Shown here piece by piece: positions 8,690-16,200 of a DNA stretch of 32,000 nt. The DNA comes from Candidatus Saccharibacteria bacterium oral taxon 488. Lineage in GTDB: Bacteria > Patescibacteriota > Saccharimonadia > Saccharimonadales > Saccharimonadaceae. Numbering within the stretch: the stretch's first letter is position 1; every line of letters begins with the position of its first letter. The stretch lies in the NCBI GenBank assembly GCA_010202845.1, contig CP047921.1:390001-422000 (forward strand). Direction: 5' to 3'. Below the pieces are notes generated by a model. It did no database searches. It saw only the letters and a list, made by a program, of their open reading frames with translations, and had not been told where the DNA came from. Made by a program: the position numbers and the translations under genes.

Positions 8690-8856
8690 ATGTTTATTAT
8701 AAACTATAAATCAAAACCACACCTAAAATACAAGAATAAGCGCATTTTTCACTTTCAGAAGCAAATAATAGCTCCTTCTTTCTGTAAACTTTTTATTCCT
8801 AGCCACCTCCATCCCGACTAAGAATAAGTGGCTTTAGTAGAGCCTAGCAACTAATA

Positions 8857-8865
8857 TGATATAAT
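8857..8865 (+). promoter_or_regulatory. Extended -10 promoter driving the structured RNA and R-M operon
   Basis: TGATATAAT. The predicted TSS near 8872 coincides with the first base of the long inverted repeat. Confidence 0.45.
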
Positions 8866-8871
8866 TATAGG

Positions 8872-9002
8872 GCTACAACTTTTACAACAAATCAAGTAAA
8901 GATACTTGGATTTCAGTGATAAATTGCGATCACATGCGCGGTTTGGATTACTGAAATCCAAGTTGTAAAAAGTTGTAGCGACTCGTATGTGGTCGCTTTT
9001 TT
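8872..9002 (+). ncRNA. Structured leader or small RNA of about 130 nt, unknown family, ending in an intrinsic terminator
   Basis: Interrupted inverted repeat: 8872-8888 pairs with 8962-8979, and 8905-8917 pairs with 8950-8962. A competing local hairpin forms between 8943-8949 and 8955-8961. The terminator lies at 8978-9002. I found no match to any RNA family I recognise. Confidence 0.4.
8978..9002 (+). terminator. Intrinsic terminator 25 nt upstream of the first methyltransferase ATG
   Basis: GCGAC-tcgtatgtg-GTCGC is followed by TTTTTT. Confidence 0.6.
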
Positions 9003-9027
9003 ATTTGGCGATTACAAAAGAATCGCT

Positions 9028-9879
9028 ATGACAAAACCATACTACTATAATCAAATATATTTTAAGGACGCTCGCAAAATGCGCGAGCTTCCTGATAATT
9101 CTGTTCAGCTTATTGTTACCAGTCCGCCGTATTTTAACATCAAAGACTACTCAAAAGATGGATATCAAGATCAGTTGCGCGGCGAACGACAAGCTGGACA
9201 AATTGGCGACATTGCAGATTATGAAAAATACATCAGTGAAATGCTAAAAGTCTGGCGAGAATGCGAAAGAGTGTTGAAGCCAAACGGAAAATTGATAATA
9301 AATACGCCACTAATGCCAATGCTGAAAAAACATTTCAACACGCATTATAATAGACATATTTTTAACATAGATAGTGATATTCAGCACTCTATCAGAACCA
9401 AAACTAATCTATACTTACTAGATTTGTATATTTGGGAACGTGCTACTTCGTCTAAAAAAATAATGTTTGGCAGCTATCCGTATCCAAGAAATTTTTATGC
9501 CCAGAATACTTCTGAATTTATCACTGTTTATGTTAAGGACGGTACTCCAGAAAAAGTCAGCAAAGAAATCAAGGAAGCTAGTAGGCTAACCCAGAAAGAA
9601 TGGGTTAAATATACAAAACAAATATGGCGCATACCAATACCAAATAAAAATGATTTAGCGTTTGGTGAACACTCAGCAATCATGCCCGAAGAAATTGTAA
9701 ATAGAGCAATCAGGCTATACAGTATGGTCGACGATCTTGTTTTAGATCCATTTGCTGGCTCTGGAACTACCCTAAGGGTAGCAAAACAGCTAAGACGCAA
9801 TTATGTCGGTTATGAAATATCGACCACTTATAAAGATATTATTAACAAGAAGCTTGGTGTTGAAAATGAAAATAAATAG
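9028..9879 (+). CDS. Beta-class DNA methyltransferase with motif IV SPPY (N4-cytosine or N6-adenine)
   Basis: LIVTSPPYFN (motif IV) lies N-terminal to VLDPFAGSGTT (motif I), which is the beta-class order. The internal ATG at 9028 (MTKPYYY) is preferred over the track start. Confidence 0.85.
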   Translation: MTKPYYYNQIYFKDARKMRELPDNSVQLIVTSPPYFNIKDYSKDGYQDQLRGERQAGQIGDIADYEKYISEMLKVWRECERVLKPNGKLIINTPLMPMLKKHFNTHYNRHIFNIDSDIQHSIRTKTNLYLLDLYIWERATSSKKIMFGSYPYPRNFYAQNTSEFITVYVKDGTPEKVSKEIKEASRLTQKEWVKYTKQIWRIPIPNKNDLAFGEHSAIMPEEIVNRAIRLYSMVDDLVLDPFAGSGTTLRVAKQLRRNYVGYEISTTYKDIINKKLGVENENK

Positions 9880-10648
9880 AATTTATACATCCGATTGTCT
9901 TGATTTTTTAAATACAGTAGACCGAAAGAGTATTGACCTGGCTATCATAGACCCTCCGTATAATATGTCGAAAGCGAGTTGGGATATCTTTAGCGATCAT
10001 CAAAGCTTCCTTAATTTTACCTATAGCTGGATCGATGCATTACTGCCAACATTAAAAGACACTGCAAGCCTTTATATTTTCAACACACCATTTAACTCAG
10101 CCTATATAATGCGGTACTTAGTAGACAGAGATATGATTTTCCAAAATTGGATAACCTGGGACAAGAGAGACGGTTTTAACGCTTCCAAATATCGTTATAC
10201 TCACGGGCAAGAAACTATATTATTCTTCACTAAATCAAAGGAATACGCCTTTAATGCAGATGATATACGTATACCGTACGAGTCAACTGATAGAATCGCC
10301 GCCGCCACTAAGAAAGGCATCTTGAAAAACGGTAAACGTTGGTCTCCAAACCCTAACGGTCGAATGTGCGGCGAGGTGTGGCATATAGCAAGTGAACGCC
10401 ATAGACAAAAAATAAATGGCAAAATTCAAAAGATGCCACATCTAACACCAAAGCCAAAGGAAATGATTGAAAGAATGATTTTAGCAAGCTCAAATAAGGG
10501 CGATTTAGTATTGGACTGCTTTGTTGGCAGTGGCACTACTGCTGTATGTGCGAAAGCACTAGGAAGGAATTATATCTGCTCTGACAATAATCCTGACTAT
10601 GTAGAGCTGGCTATTAAAAATATCGAGGGAGTGCCTAATAATGGATGA
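9866..10648 (+). CDS. Beta-class DNA methyltransferase with motif IV DPPY (probably N6-adenine)
   Basis: LAIIDPPYNM (motif IV) is followed by VLDCFVGSGTT (motif I). The ATG at 9866 (MKINRIY) overlaps the upstream gene by 14 nt. Confidence 0.85.
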   Translation: MKINRIYTSDCLDFLNTVDRKSIDLAIIDPPYNMSKASWDIFSDHQSFLNFTYSWIDALLPTLKDTASLYIFNTPFNSAYIMRYLVDRDMIFQNWITWDKRDGFNASKYRYTHGQETILFFTKSKEYAFNADDIRIPYESTDRIAAATKKGILKNGKRWSPNPNGRMCGEVWHIASERHRQKINGKIQKMPHLTPKPKEMIERMILASSNKGDLVLDCFVGSGTTAVCAKALGRNYICSDNNPDYVELAIKNIEGVPNNG

Positions 10649-11900
10649 TTTATTAATGATCAGCCCAGGCAATAAGGCAATAGAGTTCATTGTCCGTCGT
10701 ATTGTCGACGATAAGTATAGAGGAAATGTATCGATTCAACATACAGTTTACGATATGAATAAAATTATTATTTTACTCAAGACTCTAGATAAGTTTGCAC
10801 CAAACAAACAGTTGATGAAAATCAGAACCGAAGATTTAAGTAGACGACCGGCAAACACACCGGACGAGACGGTGTATGCAAACTTTGTTAGTGACTTTTC
10901 AAGACAGGTAGATAATGACACACAGGATACGATTAGAAAAAACATATTCCCTGACCTACACCGCATGGGTTTAATTGACCGTTATGATAAGAGCAAAATT
11001 AGAACAGATCCGTACAGGCAAACCCCCATTGCTTACGTCTCAATAACTGATCAAGGTTTAAAATTGATAAAGGCAAGTCCACTAGATCAAAGGTTTATCT
11101 GGTCAAAGGCTTTAGATCTTATTCTTGGTGGGCTTGTTGATATTACACTCGAGATATTACGTGACGACGACTACAGATATGAAAACATTACGAAGTGGGA
11201 GTATATGTTTTTTGTATCAGCAGTAAACCTAAGTGATGACTTTTCTTTCAGTATTACAAAAGATGAATGCATAAAGTTAATTAAGGAGTTTCGACGCTTA
11301 TCAATCTTTCAGATACAGCAAGTCATCGATGTTTTAAGAGAAACCATGAAGCCAGAAAGATACACTGGCAACAAGACGAATCAACGCGATTTTCATAATT
11401 GGAGAAACAAGAACGATCGAATTTTTGAACGATTCTCTCAAACCGTATATTTTCAAGTTAGTGGTAAAAACAAAGATCGCGAAGTCTGCTCTCTGTCTAC
11501 AAAGAAAATCGTTGCTAAAAGCGGCAAAATCGTCGAAATACGCAAGCGGTCACTGTCTGAAAAGATTAAATATTATAAAAATCATGAGATACCAAAAAAG
11601 ATACCGGGATTTGAATTACATCATGTTGTTGCCCTATCTCTCTCTGAAAGCCCCGAACAATATGACATGTTCGATAAATGGCAAAACATGGTGTATATAG
11701 ACGCATTCAAACATGCTCAAATTACACAAAATCGAAACCGCAATGTCATAATGCGCACAAAATTTGACGATATCTTGCTAATAGATTATAGTAACAACGT
11801 AGTCTATCTTAGAAATAAGAAAAATATAGCTTATAAGCCAGAGCTTCAGTCTGCTATGACTGAATATAATAAATCCCTGCGAGCAACGTTGAGTCGCTAA
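10641..11900 (+). CDS. Putative restriction endonuclease: wHTH-like N-terminal region plus a C-terminal HNH (beta-beta-alpha-Me) nuclease motif
   Basis: An 8-nt overlap with the second MTase indicates one operon. C-terminal motif: ELHHVVALS...WQNMVYIDAFKHAQIT (HH...N...H). LHRMGLIDRY...YVSITDQGLKLI looks like a winged helix. Confidence 0.6.
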   Translation: MDDLLMISPGNKAIEFIVRRIVDDKYRGNVSIQHTVYDMNKIIILLKTLDKFAPNKQLMKIRTEDLSRRPANTPDETVYANFVSDFSRQVDNDTQDTIRKNIFPDLHRMGLIDRYDKSKIRTDPYRQTPIAYVSITDQGLKLIKASPLDQRFIWSKALDLILGGLVDITLEILRDDDYRYENITKWEYMFFVSAVNLSDDFSFSITKDECIKLIKEFRRLSIFQIQQVIDVLRETMKPERYTGNKTNQRDFHNWRNKNDRIFERFSQTVYFQVSGKNKDREVCSLSTKKIVAKSGKIVEIRKRSLSEKIKYYKNHEIPKKIPGFELHHVVALSLSESPEQYDMFDKWQNMVYIDAFKHAQITQNRNRNVIMRTKFDDILLIDYSNNVVYLRNKKNIAYKPELQSAMTEYNKSLRATLSR

Positions 11901-11998
11901 ACCTCATAAGATATCCGTCTAATCAAACAATGGGCGACCAAAGGCGGAACATCTACGAAAAAACCGCCTAATAAGCGGCAATTTTCTAAAAATCTATC

Positions 11999-12074
11999 TG
12001 GAGCCACGATCGGGGCTTGAACCCGAGACCTCATCCTTACCATGGATGCGCTCTACCAACTGAGCTATCGCGGC
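11999..12074 (-). tRNA. tRNA-Thr (anticodon GGU)
   Basis: Manual cloverleaf: GCCGCGA/TCGTGGC acceptor (one G-U pair), D arm GCTC/GAGC, anticodon stem CATCC/GGATG with loop ATGGTAA, T arm TCGGG-TTCAAGC-CCCGA, and an encoded CCA. Confidence 0.9.
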
Positions 12075-12094
12075 ATTACACCATCGCCTGCGGC

Positions 12095-12142
12095 ATGCGC
12101 TCTACGTATGTTTGCGTTTCACGCGTAAGAGCTATCGCGGCA
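12095..12142 (-). repeat. Degenerate duplicate of the 5' half of tRNA-Thr(GGU), located in its upstream leader
   Basis: Exact repeats GAGCTATCGCGGCA (12062-12075 and 12129-12142) and ATGCGCTCTAC (12046-12056 and 12095-12105) occur in the same order. In the second copy they are separated by a 23-nt insert. Confidence 0.5.
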
Positions 12143-12179
12143 CACCGGCTACGCCTGAAAACGGCGCGGCAACATTCGT

Positions 12180-12207
12180 ATTGTACCATATTCACGTGGC
12201 CGTGCAA
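12180..12207 (-). promoter_or_regulatory. Candidate promoter upstream of tRNA-Thr(GGU)
   Basis: Minus strand reads TTGCAC, a 16-nt spacer, then TACAAT preceded by TGG (extended -10). It lies about 100 nt upstream of the mature tRNA 5' end. Confidence 0.45.
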
Positions 12208-12226
12208 AGACGATGGCGTTCTCAGA

Positions 12227-12823
12227 CTACTTCTCTGCCTCGACCTGATCTGGCTTGTCGGCGGCTTCAGGGGTGGTCGGCGCAGTCGTTTCTTTGGGCT
12301 CTTTTTTGTGCGCTGTCGGCTTGTTGGCTTTGGCTGAGTCAAACTCAGATTCGATTTCGCTAAGCACATAGCCCATAGCGGCGACCAGGGCGATAGCAAC
12401 AACTCCGCTCGTAACGTCGTAGTAATGGGTGAAGAAGCCGAGAATAAAGGTGACAACGGTGGCAAGGAACGTAACGACAATGCCGGCGGTGGCGAAGAGC
12501 CAGCCTCGGGTTTGTTTGCGTCGTAGCGGTGAGATAGCCAGCCCAAAGAGGACAATTTCGGTGACGGCAAAGATTAGCGTGATGATCTGCTGCAGGCGAA
12601 TGAGAACGATGTTAGGTACAAAAATAGAAACGCCAAAGAGTGAGATGCGATCAGCTTGCGACAGAAGTGATAGGGCTGAGGTTAGTGACAAAGCAGCCAC
12701 CACCGCCAACATTGCAGCGACAATCCAGAGGTTGTCGGCGACCGCTTGGCGCGATTGCTTGGACATGCGCGGTAATGGTTTATAGAGTGTTTTGAGTGTT
12801 TTGGCAAATGGAAATCGTTTCAT
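12227..12823 (-). CDS. Hypothetical integral membrane protein (about 4 TM helices, acidic/lysine-rich C-terminal tail)
   Basis: The long ORF has host-like composition and several hydrophobic helices (IVAAMLAVVAALSL, IITLIFAVTEIVLFGLAI, and others). No recognisable family. Confidence 0.6.
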   Translation of the reverse strand: MKRFPFAKTLKTLYKPLPRMSKQSRQAVADNLWIVAAMLAVVAALSLTSALSLLSQADRISLFGVSIFVPNIVLIRLQQIITLIFAVTEIVLFGLAISPLRRKQTRGWLFATAGIVVTFLATVVTFILGFFTHYYDVTSGVVAIALVAAMGYVLSEIESEFDSAKANKPTAHKKEPKETTAPTTPEAADKPDQVEAEK

Positions 12824-12859
12824 GATTTGATAATAGCATGTCGGGAGGCGGTGAGCAAC

Positions 12860-13159
12860 TTAGCGTGAAGTGCCGGTGGATTTTGTGGTGCGCGCTCGGG
12901 TTGGTTTGGCTGGCCGCGGCAAGCGCGGTGCGATGATGGCGTCCAGCACTGTCCAAGCAATGCTATTGACTAAGAAGACTACGCCGACAATACCAGCGAT
13001 CGAGGCGGCCAGGTGCGCAGCGGAACTGCTGATCAGGACTAACCCGCCACCGACAGTCAGGCTGATGATGGCTAGGGCGACGTAGGCTTGCTGTAACTTA
13101 AGGCGCTGATTTTTCTGCTCGTTCCAGGTGATCAGCCCTCGCTTGATAAGTTCTAACAT
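12860..13159 (-). CDS. Small hypothetical membrane protein (2 TM helices)
   Basis: The ATG at 13159 (MLELIKRG...) sits 7 nt after a consensus -10 box. There are two hydrophobic helices and a basic C-terminus. The TTG at 13195 in the track is rejected. Confidence 0.55.
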   Translation of the reverse strand: MLELIKRGLITWNEQKNQRLKLQQAYVALAIISLTVGGGLVLISSSAAHLAASIAGIVGVVFLVNSIAWTVLDAIIAPRLPRPAKPTRARTTKSTGTSR

Positions 13160-13166
13160 GGTGGAA

Positions 13167-13195
13167 ATTATAGCATTGTTTATGAGTAAAGTCAA
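13167..13195 (-). promoter_or_regulatory. Near-consensus sigma70 promoter giving a leaderless mRNA
   Basis: Minus strand reads TTGACT, a 17-nt spacer, TATAAT, then 7 nt and the ATG. Confidence 0.55.
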
Positions 13196-13221
13196 TAAGA
13201 GAATACTGGCTGGCTTGATGC

Positions 13222-16200
13222 TCAGTATGACTTGCAGAACTCAACGAACCCGTTTTTATTGTATTCTGAACTATTATGCAAAATATACAATTTCTCCTTT
13301 GCTCTCGTAATTGCCACGTAAAACAACTTTTTCTGATCGTCTAGAACAATTTGTTCAGTTTCGCCAAAAATCTCAAACAAATGAGTATCCTGGTGATACA
13401 TAGGAATTATACCGTCGTCCGCCTCTAAAATTATCACGACATCCGCCTCCAGACCTTTCGCTCGATGCATTGTCAGAATTTCAACCTTCTCCTTAAACTC
13501 GTCTTCGTGCATAAACTTTTTTTCAACCACTGCTGAACAAAGCCGATTATAAAACGCTAGCAAATCTATAAACCAAAAAGATGTGTCATTATTGCGGTGT
13601 AAAAGCAGAATTTTTTGTTTATCTTTGTTACCCTTGATGATTTCTGCTACTGTTTTAATATACTGCACTGCTGCTTTTGACGGATCTCGCTCTTCCGACA
13701 CCATCATTGCTTTTTTATAAACATTGTCCTTATCATCCCTATAATCAATATATGTTTTAGTTGGGTCAATTAGTACTACTTCGCCATTATATCCGCTATT
13801 AGCACTAAAATTACCGTTCTCGCCCAAACTATTTCTCATAAAAGTTCTGGCGTTTTCAACAATCCTTCTATCACATCTATAGTTCGTTGTAATTTCCAAC
13901 TTGCGGCTATCTTCCGGAAAATAATCGGTAAATCTCTTAAAATACTCCGTATCCGAGCCTGCGAATCGGTTAATCGCCTGCCAATCATCGCCAACCACAA
14001 ACAGCTTCGACTCGGGGCAAACATCCCTTACCGAAAGAATCATCTTCAAAAATAGCTTGGAAAAATCCTGATACTCGTCTACTAAAATATATTTCTTTAG
14101 GCTAAGCAGGCTCTCCACGTCTTCATGCTCGCCTCCATTGACAATATAAATAGCTCTTTTAAGCAGTAAGTTAAAATCTATACCGTACTGCCTAAAGTCT
14201 AAAATCCCCTCTTTGTTATTACGGGTAATTTTAGTAATAAGTTTTTCTTTCGGCAGTTTTCCTGCTAAATAATTATGGTAGTCAAAATAACACCGTAGAC
14301 CAATTTCCAAAAACACCTTTGTTCTGTCATCGCCATTAAAATACTCCACTCTTTGCCTCAATTCTAAGATATCGTCAAAAAACTGCTGCTGCGCCCGATC
14401 AATAAATTGCATAATCATTTTGGAAAATCGCTTGACTTGACTATTCCAGACTTTTTTAATTAGTTCTTCTTCTGGTAATTTTGGTTTATTAATGCCGTGC
14501 TCTTGCAGGATTTTTTCAATCTTTGCTTCAAATTCCTCTCGATTCTCAAAATTTCTCGTTGTCTCAATCAATGGTCTCATATTTTTTATCTGTAAGGCGT
14601 ATTTTCCTGCTGGTTTACCATTATCAATCCAGGATTTTTGATAAAACCACCTTTTCCAAATCATTTTTGCTTTATATTCATCGTAGTCGCCAATAATGCC
14701 GCATTTATTTATATCAGCAATTTTGCTCAAGGATTCATCGCCGTTTATCGCCCAATGTTCCCACGGAATATCATAATCTTTTAGGTAAAAATCTGGCTTA
14801 ATCGACTCTTGTTTGAACTTATTTTTCAATTCATATAATCTATTTCGGTTAGCCTTTTGACAGATGCTATATGCGCTGTTTAGATAATATTCATTCTCAT
14901 AGTAATATGCAACACCATGCTCAAACAGGTAATCGCTAATAATTTTTTCAGCTTCCGACTTTACAACCTTGCCATCAAGCGTTTCATACTTTGAATTGCG
15001 CAGTGCCTCAAAATATTCTTGCTCGCTAGCGAATTTATCGCGCTTGATCTGAAAACACTCACTGCGAAATAACTGATAAACTTTACGCTTCGGTATAGTC
15101 TTAATAACCGCCTGAATAAAATATGCTTTTTCTTCTGCTAAAATCTTACCGTATTTTTCATTTTCACCGCAAATTGAATAGACGATTCTGCGTGCAAAGG
15201 CATGAAATGTCGTTGCAATCTCTGGATTATAAAAAATTTGCTTGCCGTCAACTGTAATTTTTTCTAACCGCTCATTGATCTCGTCGCTAGCTTTCTTGTT
15301 AAAGACGAAAACCAACAACTCGTCAGGTTTAATATTATATTTTGCAGCCAAATAAACGACTTTGGCAACCAAGGTACGCGTCTTGCCTGAACCAGCGCGA
15401 GCAGTCACGATAGTATTTTTATTATCATTCAGCACCGCAATCACTTGTTGTTCATCAAGCACATAAGACCTGCCATCTTCAGAAACGTGCTTCTCAAACC
15501 ATTGCTTTACGTATTTTGCTTTTATAGTCTCATAACTTTGTCTATCTAGCGCATTAGATATTTTATCCGCACCGATGAAATCATATTGACATAATTTATC
15601 TTCAATCAACACTTTCAATTCGTTGAATTGTTTTTTCTTATAGTATTGTAGTCTTTGTTCAAACCAGGTTACATCAATCAGATCAGACCTCGATAAAATA
15701 CCCTCTGCTTCAGTAAAATTGTATTGCCGAAGCTTCTTCTCAATCAATGATTTCAACTCAGTAAGATGTTTTTCTCTGTAGTAATGCAGTCTTTTTTTAG
15801 ACCAGTTCATGTCAGTTAGACCAAGCTTTAGTAGTATATTCTCTGCACTAGCAAAATCATATAGCTGCAACCGCCCCTCAATCGACGGTTTCCATTCATT
15901 AAGTAATTCTTCTTTATAATGTTGTAGTCTTTGATCAAACCAAAACGAAGCCCAATGCAACTTACTTACGTTAAGCTCTGATAGTGTCTTTTCTGTACCA
16001 GTAAAATCATACTGTCTTAACTTTTGCTCGACCGACCCTCGATACTTCTTCCAAATCTGCATACTGTACCACCTGTCAAAACTGTCGCTATATCCATTAC
16101 AGGGATAATTTTCCGTAAAGAGTATGCCAGCCTCAGCTATATTATTGGCTTCAAACAATGGTAATAGCTCGACTATCAGCCTCTTTTCGCTGTCAGTCAT

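Noticed and set aside
8801-8820. Possible att-type repeat of the tRNA-Thr(GGU) 3' end at the left edge of the R-M island (shared AGCCAC...ATC)
   Set aside because: Only 6 contiguous matching bases, which is not distinguishable from chance. No convincing direct repeats flank either island.
8690-8821. 43-codon plus-strand ORF (MFIINYKSKPHLKYKNKRIFHF...) at the island edge, considered as a possible C-protein or regulator
   Set aside because: It has no SD or promoter context, its low-complexity AT-driven sequence has no HTH pattern, and it is too short for a controller protein.
12017-12570. ORFs 12017-12337 (+), 12112-12363 (+) and 12076-12570 (-)
   Set aside because: They overlap tRNA-Thr(GGU) and/or run out of frame or antisense across the membrane-protein gene. 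The translations are Pro/Arg/Ser-rich junk.
15493-16179. Roughly 138-nt periodicity in the DNA, considered as a possible CRISPR-like or satellite repeat array
   Set aside because: The periodicity lies inside one continuous ORF and is conserved at the protein level (L.QYDF..AE repeats), not as exact DNA repeats with unique spacers. No CRISPR array exists in the window.
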